A stretch of 64,000 nucleotides of DNA from an uncultured delta proteobacterium. GTDB lineage: Bacteria; Desulfobacterota; Binatia; UBA9968. The translations under genes and the position numbers were made by a program. Below, one piece after another: positions 37,172 through 47,301 of this stretch; positions within the stretch are counted from its first letter, which is position 1, and every line of letters begins with the position of its first letter. The notes under the pieces were generated by a model. The model was not told where the DNA came from, ran no database searches, and worked only from the letters and a program-made list of their open reading frames with translations. The stretch lies in the NCBI GenBank assembly GCA_963816145.1, contig CAWFJP010000030.1, forward strand, positions 224,001-288,000, written 5' to 3'.

Positions 37172-38173
37172 TCAATCGATGCGGTAAACCCGAACGGCGT
37201 TGTCGTGAAACAAAGCGGCGCGCTCGCCGGCCGAGTAATTCTGGGTGATTCGCTTGAAGGCGTTCCAGAGATTGACGTAAGTGTTCGAGGCTTTTTCCAC
37301 CGGGAAGTTACTCTCGAACAGGCAGCGTTCGACGCCGAACTTGTCGATACAATGCTCGATATAAGGTCGGAGAATCTGCGCCAACTCGAACGACGACGGC
37401 TTCACCCCGCGCTCGTGCCAGTCGTAACCCGAACGCAGCGAGCCGACCCCGCCCAACTTCACCACCACATTATTCAGTTGAGCCACTGCGGCGATACCGC
37501 GGCTCCAGTGGCGAAACACTTCATCGCGCTTACCGGCGTAGGGACCGACGCCGAGCGGCGCGCCGATGTGATTGACGATAATCGGAACTTGCGAGAACGT
37601 CCGCGCCAAATCGGCGACCTCGGTTAACTGCGGATGATAAACCCAAGCCTCAAAGCTCAGCCCAAGCGTTTCCAGCCAGGCAAAACCGGCGCGGAATTGG
37701 CTATTGGCCAACATTTCCTGCGACGCTTCATTACGTAAGGCGCCGCTGCCGTCCCAGGTCGCCGAGTGGCGAATGCCGCGGAACCGTTTGGGACTTATGG
37801 CGAGATGGGCTTCGAGCACCGGCGCCACCGCATCGCCCAAGGCGAGATTGGCGTGACCGACGATCGCCGCGGCGACGCGGGTTGCGACCGACGCGTCGCG
37901 CGTCACGCGCTCGGCGACCCCTTCGAGAAACTCGGTCTCGCCGAGCGGTTTGAATTCCATGGCGCCGTCCGGGCGATAACCGTAACCGCATTCGATCGCC
38001 ACGGTCGACACGATGTTGTGGCCGCTGCGCAGATCCTCAAGCAATTCATTGAGCAAGTAATCCCGGGGCGGCCGCTCCCAGAGGTGGTGGTGCGCGTCGC
38101 AGATCGGCAGCGAGGGATCAAGCGCCACTTCGGTTTCAATCGAGTCAGATTGTCGTGACCTTCGATCATCCAT
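37172..38173 (-). CDS. Amidohydrolase family 2 (lactonase-like)
   Basis: ICDAHHHLW, FRGIRH, IVNHIG, FESNFPV. Confidence 0.9.
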   Translation of the reverse strand: MDDRRSRQSDSIETEVALDPSLPICDAHHHLWERPPRDYLLNELLEDLRSGHNIVSTVAIECGYGYRPDGAMEFKPLGETEFLEGVAERVTRDASVATRVAAAIVGHANLALGDAVAPVLEAHLAISPKRFRGIRHSATWDGSGALRNEASQEMLANSQFRAGFAWLETLGLSFEAWVYHPQLTEVADLARTFSQVPIIVNHIGAPLGVGPYAGKRDEVFRHWSRGIAAVAQLNNVVVKLGGVGSLRSGYDWHERGVKPSSFELAQILRPYIEHCIDKFGVERCLFESNFPVEKASNTYVNLWNAFKRITQNYSAGERAALFHDNAVRVYRID

Positions 38174-38201
38174 CCTCGAGCCTCGATTCTTGAATTACCT
38201 A

Positions 38202-39440
38202 TTAGCGAATTTGCCAGGCCCGCGGCAGGGTCAAATGGATGGCGAGCATCGCCAGAGCCCCGGCTCCGCCCATCAAGATTACGGCCCATTGCGTGCCAAC
38301 AGCGGTCGCCAGCGCGCCGATCACCATGCTGCCAACCGTCATGACGACGTTGCTGAGCTGAAACATCGACATGGTGCGGCCGCGAAATTCCGGCGGCGAA
38401 TAGGTCTGCAAGACGGTTTGCACAAGCGCATGACAACAGACGTTGGCCAGACCGATGACGATCATCAATCCCATAGAGATGTGGAACCACGGCGACGCCG
38501 CGAAAGCGACCACACCGAAACCATAAAGCGCCGCGCCACCGAGCATGAACATGCCGCGGGGCAACCGCTCGCCGATCGCCGCGATCATCACCGCGCTACC
38601 CAGGGCGCCGATGCCCATACCGGTGAGCAACAGGCCCTGCCCCGAAGCCCCAACGCCAAGAATGTCCCGCGCAAAGATCGGCAAGAGCGTGGTAAACGGC
38701 ACGATAAATAACGAGGCCAGCATAACCACCAACAACCCGGTGCGCACCGTTTCATTGCGCCAGCTAAACCTCCACCCTTCGACGACACTGCGCGCGAAGG
38801 ACACGCCATGGCCGGCACGATCCTCCGCCGCCGGCGACTGGCCCGTGCGCGCGCTCAACCGCATCGTCCAGAAGGTCGCTAAGAACAAAAACAACGCCTG
38901 GGTCGCGTACGAGCCGAAGCTGCCCAATTTGGCAATCAGCACACCGGCCAGCGCCGGCCCAGTGCTGCGCGCCACGTTGAAAATGATCGAGTTGAGGCCG
39001 ATAGCATTGGTCAGATGACTGCGCGGCACCGCATCGGCGATAATCGCCGCTCTGGACGGCTGTAAGAAAGTCTGATCGATCGCCATCACGAAGGCGCTAA
39101 CGTAAACATGCCAAGGCCGAATCGCCCCGGTGAAAATCAGCATGGTCAGCGCCGCGAACATCAGGCCATCGACAATCTGCGCGATGAGAATTTGCTTCTT
39201 GCGGGAAAAGCGATCCGCCGCGCTGCCCGCCACCGGCGACAACAAAAGCGTCGGGATCGCTTGGACACCGCGGATCATGCCGAGTTGCAGCGCGGAGTCG
39301 GTCAGTTCGTAGATCAGCCAGCCACGCGAGACCTGATCCATCCAAAACGCCATCGACGCAAAAGAGTGGCCCAGCCAAAGCAAACGAAACTCACGATAGT
39401 GCAGAACTTCGACGGCACGATGTCGATATAACCAATCCAA
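38202..39440 (-). CDS. MFS transporter (MFS_3/DHA3-like), tandem copy 1
   Basis: FRLLWLG, GSAADRFSRK, N.ARSTGPALAG, EFRGR; start codon uncertain. Confidence 0.88.
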   Translation of the reverse strand: MDWLYRHRAVEVLHYREFRLLWLGHSFASMAFWMDQVSRGWLIYELTDSALQLGMIRGVQAIPTLLLSPVAGSAADRFSRKKQILIAQIVDGLMFAALTMLIFTGAIRPWHVYVSAFVMAIDQTFLQPSRAAIIADAVPRSHLTNAIGLNSIIFNVARSTGPALAGVLIAKLGSFGSYATQALFLFLATFWTMRLSARTGQSPAAEDRAGHGVSFARSVVEGWRFSWRNETVRTGLLVVMLASLFIVPFTTLLPIFARDILGVGASGQGLLLTGMGIGALGSAVMIAAIGERLPRGMFMLGGAALYGFGVVAFAASPWFHISMGLMIVIGLANVCCHALVQTVLQTYSPPEFRGRTMSMFQLSNVVMTVGSMVIGALATAVGTQWAVILMGGAGALAMLAIHLTLPRAWQIR

Positions 39441-39687
39441 CCGACGCCGGCTGGGCTGCGCCGCGGAACCGGCAGCCGTGGTTGCGAGCGCATCCGATTG
39501 GTTTTCTTTGTCGCGTGGAACGGAGCTCAGGACCGGCTCCCAAGTTGGTGGTGAAAACTCATGATGTTCCCGCTATAGCATGGGTGAAATTATCAGGCCA
39601 GCGCCGGTTAGTTTTGTGGGCGCAGAAACCGATGACGGAGAAGCTCGGCAGCCAGCCAAACGAAAACTGCTCCGGCGCAACTGCTGG

Positions 39688-40968
39688 CTAGCGAATGTCC
39701 CGCGCCCGCGGCACCATGACGAAGATCGCCACCATGCAGAGTGTGCCGACGATGCTCATGGACGACGCCGCCCAGGGCGCGCCGATCATTGCTGATAACG
39801 CGCCCACCGCCATACCACCAACCAGCAACAATACCTGGGTCATGTGGAAAATCGCGATGGCCCGGCCGCGAAACTCTGGCGGCGAATAAGTTTGAATGAC
39901 GGTCTGCACCAACGCATGCGAGCTGACATGGCACAAGCCGATGATCGCCATCAGCCCCATCGACAACGGAAACCAATGGGACACGGAAAAGATCACCACC
40001 AGCACGCCGTAAAGCGCGACACCGCCGAGCATCAGTAAACCGCGCGGCATTCGGTCGCCCACCGAAGCGATCAAGATAGAGCTGCACAACGCGCCGATCC
40101 CCATAGCCGTCAGCAGCAAACCCTGCCCGCGCGCGCCGACAAGGAGCAAATCACGCGCAAAAACGGGCAGGAGCGTGCTGAACGGAATCATAAACAAAGC
40201 GGCGACAATCACGATCAGAATGCCGGTGCGTACCTCCGGGGTGCGCCAGCTAAATTTCCAGCCTTCGATAATGCTTTGGCCGAAGGACTCCTCGTGGCTG
40301 CCATGGCTGCTCGGGTCACCCGGCGTCACCTTGCTCAATTGGGTTGTCCAAACCGTGGCGAGAATCATGAATAGCGCTTGCACCGCATAGGAAATCCCGG
40401 TGCTGGAGAGAGAAATCAACATCCCCGAGAGCGCCGGCCCGGTGCTGCGCGCCATATTGAACACCATGGCGTTCAAACCGATCGCGCTGGTAAGGGTTTT
40501 TTGCGGCACGAAATCGGAGATCATCGCTGAGCGCGAAGGTTGCAAAAACACCTGCACGCAGGCCATCAAAAACGCCGTCACATAGACATGCCAAGGCCGA
40601 ATCAAGCCGGTAAGAACCAGCGCAGCCGTCACAGCATATAGAAAGCCGCTGGCGAACTGCGCGGACACCACTTGAAACTTGCGCGGATAGCGGTCCGCCG
40701 CGCTGCCGGCGATAGGCGACAATAACAAAAATGGAATGGCCTGGATACCCCGCACCAAGCCGAGCTGCAACGCGGAGTTGGTCAGCTCGTAAATGAGCCA
40801 GCCGCGCGTCACTTGATCCATCCAAGTGCCCATGGAACCAAAAATCTGGCCGTACCAAAGCAATCGGTAGTCGCGGTGGCGCAGCGCTTCAAAGGCGCGC
40901 ATGCGCACCAGCATGGCGACCGGCCAGGCGAGTTCTTCGCTGGGGCTTACTGAGTCGGCCTCATCCAT
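39688..40968 (-). CDS. MFS transporter (MFS_3/DHA3-like), tandem copy 2
   Basis: Same motifs; collinear with its neighbours. Confidence 0.88.
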   Translation of the reverse strand: MDEADSVSPSEELAWPVAMLVRMRAFEALRHRDYRLLWYGQIFGSMGTWMDQVTRGWLIYELTNSALQLGLVRGIQAIPFLLLSPIAGSAADRYPRKFQVVSAQFASGFLYAVTAALVLTGLIRPWHVYVTAFLMACVQVFLQPSRSAMISDFVPQKTLTSAIGLNAMVFNMARSTGPALSGMLISLSSTGISYAVQALFMILATVWTTQLSKVTPGDPSSHGSHEESFGQSIIEGWKFSWRTPEVRTGILIVIVAALFMIPFSTLLPVFARDLLLVGARGQGLLLTAMGIGALCSSILIASVGDRMPRGLLMLGGVALYGVLVVIFSVSHWFPLSMGLMAIIGLCHVSSHALVQTVIQTYSPPEFRGRAIAIFHMTQVLLLVGGMAVGALSAMIGAPWAASSMSIVGTLCMVAIFVMVPRARDIR

Positions 40969-41115
40969 CGGCGCGCCGGGCTGGCATTAGCAGGTTCAAA
41001 AGCTTCATAGAAAAATCGCGCGGCGACTGGAAACTTCGAGGGAAATCTCCAGCCAAACACAAGAATCGACAGTAACACGCGTAGCGCAGAGCGTCCAACC
41101 AACGACAAAAAATGA

Positions 41116-42354
41116 CTATTGAATCTGCCGCGCCTTGGGCAGCGTCACGTAGATCGCAATCATCAGCGCAGTACCGAGCAAGCCCATGGAGGTCACCGCC
41201 CAGCGCGCGCCGATGAGTTCGGCGAGCGCGCCGACAAACATCGCGCCAAGCACTAAAATTACCTGTGTCATATGAAAAATCGCCATAGTGCGGCCGCGCA
41301 TTTCGGCGGGCGAGTAGGCTTGAATGACGATCTGAATCAGCGCGTGGGAGGTGACATGGCAAAAGCCGATGAGCAGCATCATGATCATTGAAAGCGGAAA
41401 CCACGTCGATGCCGCAAAGATCGCCACCAGCACTCCGTAAATCGCCACGCCGCCGATGATAACGATGCCACGCGGCAAGCGATCACCCGCCGATGCGACA
41501 ACCACCGAGCTGAACAAGGCGCCGATGCCCATGGACGTTAGTAATAACCCCTGGCCTTTGGCGCCGGCATGCAATACATCCCGGGCAAAGACCGGCAGAA
41601 GCGTAGTGAAGGGTATGAGCAGAAACATTGAAATTGAAACGACCATCATGCCGATGCGCACTTCGAAATTACGCCAGCTAAACTGCCAGCCTTCGATGAC
41701 AGTGCGAACGAAAGATTCGTGTTGGCAGGCAGCATTCCGCCCCACCGCGTCCACGTTTTGATCGCGCCGCAACATGAAGGTCCAAATGGTCGCCAAGAAA
41801 TAGCAAAGCGCCTGCACGGAGTAGGATCCCGCAGTGCCGTAGGCGGCGATCACCACGCCGGCCAACGCCGGACCGGCGCTGCGCGCCGAGTTGAACACTA
41901 CGGCGTTGAGCGCCAGACCATTACTCAATTGGGCCGCTGGCACGGTGTCCGAAACCATCGCGACCCGCGCCGGTTGCTGAAATGTCTGAACGCTCGCCAG
42001 GCCGACCGACGTCACGTAGACCTGCCAGGGCTCGATGGCGCCGGTAAAAATCATCATTGCCATCCAGGCATAGAGCAAGCCATTCAAAGTCTGGGCGATG
42101 AGGATCTGGGTGCGGCGCGAATACAGATCGGCGACGCTGCCGGCAATCGGCGACAACAATAACGTCGGCACCGCCTGCACGCCGCGCACCAAACCCAGTT
42201 GAAATGACGAGTGAGTGAGCTGGTACATCAACCAGCCGCGCGCGATGGAATCCATCCAGGTCGCCATCGATGTAAAGACCTGGCCATACCAAAGGAGGCG
42301 AAACTCCCGGTGCTGCAAGGCCGCCAGAGCGCGCGAATTTAATAGCGCTCGCAC
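41116..42354 (-). CDS. MFS transporter (MFS_3/DHA3-like), tandem copy 3
   Basis: Same motifs; start codon uncertain. Confidence 0.88.
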   Translation of the reverse strand: MRALLNSRALAALQHREFRLLWYGQVFTSMATWMDSIARGWLMYQLTHSSFQLGLVRGVQAVPTLLLSPIAGSVADLYSRRTQILIAQTLNGLLYAWMAMMIFTGAIEPWQVYVTSVGLASVQTFQQPARVAMVSDTVPAAQLSNGLALNAVVFNSARSAGPALAGVVIAAYGTAGSYSVQALCYFLATIWTFMLRRDQNVDAVGRNAACQHESFVRTVIEGWQFSWRNFEVRIGMMVVSISMFLLIPFTTLLPVFARDVLHAGAKGQGLLLTSMGIGALFSSVVVASAGDRLPRGIVIIGGVAIYGVLVAIFAASTWFPLSMIMMLLIGFCHVTSHALIQIVIQAYSPAEMRGRTMAIFHMTQVILVLGAMFVGALAELIGARWAVTSMGLLGTALMIAIYVTLPKARQIQ

Positions 42355-42736
42355 CGCCGCCGCGTAAGGCGATGCGGGCGAATGAGGATCGGCGCTTGCA
42401 ACTGGCCGCTCATCATTTTTGTCGGTCGGTAAATCCAGAGTCGTGCTCGTGTCGGCGGGAAGCGAATCGATATGCTTTCGCCAAGAATAAAATTTCTTCT
42501 TGGCTATAACACGCGACTCAATAGGGTTCTAGCAAAGACGCGCGGAAGTTCGATCGCAGCTAAGCTATGGTTTTCACGGTTTGTGATTCCCCTGCAGAAA
42601 TGGCCGATTTAGTTCGCCGCAAAAATCTGAATTCCTGCTTCGGATCGAGTCCAGATAGGATGTGCGCCAGAATGACGGCGGTCAACCTCCCGCCGACATC
42701 TAGTTCGAGGAAACCGGGCGTTGGGCGTGGAAATAA

Positions 42737-43381
42737 TCAGTTCAGCGTCACGTACTTCTCGAGACGCGCCACTTCTTTTTTGTCGACATATTTGCCGATT
42801 TCTTTGCGGAACTGTTCAAGGGTCGTCCAGGGGCGGTATTCTTTGAACTCACGCACCATGCGCTTACCGGCGCCGGGGATCGACAGAATATCGTCATCGC
42901 TGGCGCTATTAAGATTCACCGGCACAAAGACGTACTGCTCCAAGCGCGCGACTTCTTTGACATCGACATACTTGCCGATCTCCTTGCGAAACTGGCCGAT
43001 GGTCTTGTACGGCCGATATTCGCGGAACTCACGCACCATGCGACTGCCGGCGCCAGGGATCATCAATATTTCCTCTTGGCTGGCCGTGTTCAGGTTGATC
43101 TGCACAAACATCTTACCGTAGAGTTCGGCGAGCTGTTCTTTGCTCAAAGATTTCGCCAACAGTGCATTGAGATCGGCCATCTGCAAGAACGGCCGCTGTT
43201 CGAGAATACTTTTGACGATCGCCGCATTCATGTGCGGCAAGGCGAGCAGATCCTTTTCGCTGGCGAGGTCGGGGTTGACCAATTGCGATTGGCCGACTTG
43301 GCCGTGTGTCACAGAGATCCCGCTCAGAGCGAGCGCAACTGAAACAAAAACCGCAAATGAAAATCGTCGCAATTGAAACAT
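42737..43381 (-). CDS. Secreted helix-hairpin-helix repeat protein (ComEA-like)
   Basis: Signal peptide; three NLN.AS..E/D.L..PG units, the last two near-identical (NLN.AS...IL.IPGAG.RMVREF.EYRP...QFRKEIGKYVD.KEVARLE.YV). Confidence 0.8.
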   Translation of the reverse strand: MFQLRRFSFAVFVSVALALSGISVTHGQVGQSQLVNPDLASEKDLLALPHMNAAIVKSILEQRPFLQMADLNALLAKSLSKEQLAELYGKMFVQINLNTASQEEILMIPGAGSRMVREFREYRPYKTIGQFRKEIGKYVDVKEVARLEQYVFVPVNLNSASDDDILSIPGAGKRMVREFKEYRPWTTLEQFRKEIGKYVDKKEVARLEKYVTLN

Positions 43382-43382
43382 T

Positions 43383-43853
43383 CTAATCTCCCTGTTCGTT
43401 CGACTGTTTTAGCACCGGATGCTTGTAAGTGTAAGCCAAACCCAAAAGTCCTAACTGGACCATCGCGCCCGGCGCTAGCAACGGCGGGGTCTTGGCGCGG
43501 ATCGCTTGCCAAAATAACGCCATACCAGCCAAAGTCGGCTGCGATTCTAGTTTGAATTCGGCGCTGCCTTGAAAATGAAAGTAGACTCCCGCAATACCGG
43601 CAGCAACAAAACTCCCCATCACCCAGCGCATCAGCCGAAGACTTGCGGCGCCCCCGTTCGCGCTGTGCCACGCCAGCACCGCGCCTCCTGCCCCGAGCAA
43701 TACTAAGGGCACCCATTGAATAGGATCTTCCGTGTGCTTGAGCAAGATCAGTTCCGTCAGGCTCCCCGCCATACCGAGCGCCAAAATGGCAAGCAGGATC
43801 TTTCTGACCTTGTCCAAGACCGATCGCTCATCGGTCGAGTTTATTTCCGCCAT
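43383..43853 (-). CDS. Hypothetical 4-TM membrane protein coupled to the HhH gene
   Basis: Four hydrophobic segments with ELILLKH, G..FH..G..EF.LE and PP.LAPG; its stop lies 1 nt before the HhH ATG. Confidence 0.75.
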   Translation of the reverse strand: MAEINSTDERSVLDKVRKILLAILALGMAGSLTELILLKHTEDPIQWVPLVLLGAGGAVLAWHSANGGAASLRLMRWVMGSFVAAGIAGVYFHFQGSAEFKLESQPTLAGMALFWQAIRAKTPPLLAPGAMVQLGLLGLAYTYKHPVLKQSNEQGD

Positions 43854-44110
43854 ATTCTAAGCCGCTCGGAGCATCGCATCAGATACATATCGATTGGACG
43901 AGTCGCTGCTGAAACTGGTGTACGGCCGCGCCTGCAATAATTTAAAATAATACCTATTCCCAGAATATAGAAAGTCCCATCAGGAGATTCCACCCGTTAG
44001 GAATGATGCACTGCTAACGACGCGAATTCCGTCGAATATTTACCGCAAGCAATCTGGCGCAGCGTTTGCAGTTGAGCCTCAACGAACAATTTTTCCATCG
44101 GAGGTTTGCA

Positions 44111-44356
44111 ATGAATCGGCATCTTCTACAAGGCATCGTCGTCGGCGCGCTGTTCGCGCTGCCGATCACCTGGATCGCCGCCTCGGACGCTTTAGCCGCA
44201 GGCAATTTTTTTGAGATACTCGCCAGCACAGTATTCGGCTTAGCCGCCGGACTCTGCGTCGGCGCTCTGATCGCGGCTAACTTCGCCATGTTGGCGCTGG
44301 AAGAAAAGGAACACGTGGTGGCACATCGACACGCGGAAGCTCACGCCCACGCGTGA
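44111..44356 (+). CDS. Small 2-TM membrane protein with His-rich tail
   Basis: SD GGAGG; two hydrophobic helices; ends EEKEHVVAHRHAEAHAHA. Confidence 0.6.
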   Translation: MNRHLLQGIVVGALFALPITWIAASDALAAGNFFEILASTVFGLAAGLCVGALIAANFAMLALEEKEHVVAHRHAEAHAHA

Positions 44357-44486
44357 GCCAGGCTGAAGACCCTCGGTCTGCGCCGCGGAGACGCGGAGAC
44401 CTCCGAGCGTTTTGTTACAAAAGGCTCTGTGATCTCCGCGTCCTTTGTGGTGAATTATTCTCCTGTTATCGTCGAACCGCACAGCA

Positions 44487-44876
44487 TTACGGGTTCTCGA
44501 TCCTGGTGAAAAATCCTTCGCTTCTCCGTTCGCGAAGCAACGAAACATCAATTGACTCAGCTGCCCTGGCGCCTTTCAACTTCGGCGTGGCGTGGCCGCG
44601 AAGTCTTAGACCTGGATCCGAATCGCTTCGTCGATGGTGGCAACGATTACCGGCGACGCCCGTTGCGCGGCTACCGCATTACCGGTTGCTGCCGCTTCCG
44701 CCGTCAAGTGCACAGCGCCAGCCAAGAGCGCGCTAACCATCACACTGCCGGCGTCAATTTGGACCATTTTAAATTCCACGCCGTACTTCTCAAAGATCCC
44801 GTTAACACGGCCGACCCATAGCGGGGTGCGATTTCCCGTGACCGAACAGAATCTTGGTTGGCATCGACACCGTCCA
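44487..44876 (-). pseudogene. Decayed, internally deleted SsuA/NMT1-type binding-protein gene
   Basis: SVTGNRTPLWVGRVNGIFEKYGVE...SALLAG (N-terminal part) lies close to IDVSLLRE...EGFFTRIENP* (C-terminus). Confidence 0.72.
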
Positions 44877-45126
44877 TTTTCCCTTGTCGAATCTCGGCAA
44901 ATCTAGTCCTGCCCCGAGTATCGGTGAAGCGATCATGTCAGCTCATGACGGTTCGGTATGGCAGGCCCCGCTCTCTGATCGGGACGAGTGTAAGCTCAAA
45001 TCTGTCATTTCGAGCAAAGCGAGAAATCTCTCCCATTCGGAGCACGGCGCCAAAAACGAAAAACTCGGCATCACGGCCGACTCGCTGAGTCAATTCCGGC
45101 ATCTAACGAGCAAATTGCTTCGCGCC

Positions 45127-46365
45127 TTAGATCTCCCTAGATTGAATTCGAGGACCCTTCGGGTGGCGAAATCTCAACAGCACCGTGGCCGCCGCCATGA
45201 AGCAGATAGTCGCCGCTGCGCCTACTGTCCAGTTAACACCGACAACAGAAGCGGAACTCCCCAATAGCAGCCCGCCGATCGACCAGAGCCCCCGGTCCAT
45301 AAAGAAAAAACTCAACACGCGGCCGAGCAAATGCGGCGGCGTCACCGATTGCAAGGCGGTATTGAGGCAAGCGCGAAAGGCGATAAAACAAAAACCCACC
45401 GAAACCAATAGACCCAGGGACAAAATAAAATAGTGAGACCAGGCGAACAGACCGAGAAAAACTCCGTAACCGAGTACGAAGACACACATCCAAGACAAAC
45501 TCGGCCTGTGGTCGCCCAACGAAGCTAGCCACAACCCAGCGGTGGTAGCGCCGATGCCCGGGGCTGCGGCGAGCAGACCGAAACCGGTGGCACCGACGTG
45601 GAGCACGCTGGTTGCGAAGACGGGTACAAATGTTGCGTAGGGCGCGCCGATCATTGCCACCACATAGGACAATGCAATCGTCGAAAACAATTGGGAGTTA
45701 CCGCGCAGATAACTGAACCCTTCTTTGACCTCGGTCCACAAAGCGCTGCTCTTGGCTTTGGCGCGCCACGGCGGCAGATCCATCTGCTGCAAGGTAAAAA
45801 TCAACGCGAGAAAGCTCAAGGCATTGACCAGAAAACAGCCCTCCACATCGACGAGAGCAATCACAATCCCGCCGATGGACGGGCCGAGGATGCGCGAGAG
45901 ATTGAATACCGAAGAATGGAGCGCGATCGCGTTAGCCAAATCCTCCTTGGGTACCAGGTCGTTAACCAGAGACTGGCGTGCGGTCTGATTGATGGTGTTC
46001 ACGACGCCCAGAAAGCAAGCGAGAATAAGCACATGCCAGTAGCGAATCACGCCAAAAAAAACTACCAACCAGTAAATCGCGGCTTGCAGCATGCCGAGTC
46101 CTTGCGTGAGCATCACTAATCGGCGCCGTTCGAATCGATCGGTCAGCACGCCACCGATGGCGCCGAGGAGCAATCGCGGCATGCTGTCAAAAAAACCCAC
46201 GAGTCCCAATAACAGCGGCGATTTCGTCAGATGCCATACCAACCAGGCCTGCGCGACGTTTTGCATGAAATCGCCGGCGTTGGACAGCAACGCGCCGAGC
46301 AATAGAAGGCGGAAGTTACGATTGCGCAGAGAACGCAGCGTTTTGAAGCGAGCTAAACTGGGCAT
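45127..46365 (-). CDS. MFS transporter (MFS_3/DHA3-like)
   Basis: LRNRNFRL, GGVLTDRFERR, FNLSRILGPSIGG, LLGRV. Confidence 0.88.
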   Translation of the reverse strand: MPSLARFKTLRSLRNRNFRLLLLGALLSNAGDFMQNVAQAWLVWHLTKSPLLLGLVGFFDSMPRLLLGAIGGVLTDRFERRRLVMLTQGLGMLQAAIYWLVVFFGVIRYWHVLILACFLGVVNTINQTARQSLVNDLVPKEDLANAIALHSSVFNLSRILGPSIGGIVIALVDVEGCFLVNALSFLALIFTLQQMDLPPWRAKAKSSALWTEVKEGFSYLRGNSQLFSTIALSYVVAMIGAPYATFVPVFATSVLHVGATGFGLLAAAPGIGATTAGLWLASLGDHRPSLSWMCVFVLGYGVFLGLFAWSHYFILSLGLLVSVGFCFIAFRACLNTALQSVTPPHLLGRVLSFFFMDRGLWSIGGLLLGSSASVVGVNWTVGAAATICFMAAATVLLRFRHPKGPRIQSREI

Positions 46366-46545
46366 GGCTTGAGAATTCTCATCATAATTCCATTTAGTTT
46401 TACGTGAATTATTATGCGACGCAATCCAGACGGAATACCGCCCGTCAGCGCGATTGATCGTTGCGGACGAGTCTGCTGGATCGTGGCAAGACGATCGCGT
46501 TCAGAAGGATGAACAGCGAGAATTTCTTGCAGAGCTTCACGAAGG

Positions 46546-47246
46546 ATGCAGACTACGCTCATGACATTGATCGTCACAAGCGCCGTGGCAACGCCGCCGC
46601 CTTTGCTCAAAGAAGTCGGCAGCTTCATCGTCAACGGCGAAGTGATCCCCAAAGACGGCATCGTCCAGTTCACCTACGAGCCCGCCTGGCCGATCTTTCA
46701 CTTCGGTCCCAATCCCGATGAATGATGGCCCAATGCGAAATTTTCCAAGGATCATTTAGACCAATACATGGCCCGACTCGTGCCCAACACCGAAGCGACG
46801 CTGCCGCAGCCGCGGCGTAAAACCGTCGACGCGCCGATCGCCCTGTTGGAAAAAATCGGCCCGTCGATCTTGATGGTCCACTCCCACTCCGGCGTCTACG
46901 GCGCGCTCAACGCGATCGCTGGTCCCGACTTGGTGAAAGGTTTTCTCAACGCCGAAGGCCGAACCGGCTGCGACCCGAACCTAGAGCAGATCAACATCAT
47001 CGCCAAAGTGCCGATGCTGGTGGCCGCCGTCGATCACGAATGGAACAGCGAAGAGCAATGCCGCAAAGCCCTGCCGCCGTCAACGCCGCCGGCGGCAGGT
47101 CGGCCTTCCTAGCCCCCTACGATCAAAGCGTACGCGGCAACACCCATATGATGATGGACTTGAATAATCTCCAGGTCGCCGACTGGATTTTGGCGTGGGT
47201 CGAAAAGAATGTACCAAAGAAGCTGGCAGCAGTGGGCAAAAAGTAG
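46546..47246 (+). pseudogene. Alpha/beta hydrolase pseudogene (in-frame stop, frameshift, internal deletion)
   Basis: EVGSFIVNG..., TGA at 46723, LLEKIGPSILMVHSHSG, frameshift, then GNTHMMMDLNNLQVAD. Confidence 0.75.
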
Positions 47247-47301
47247 GGCGTCCTAGCGATCTTCGCACACAATCGGCGCGTGGACTACCACAAACGATGG
47301 A

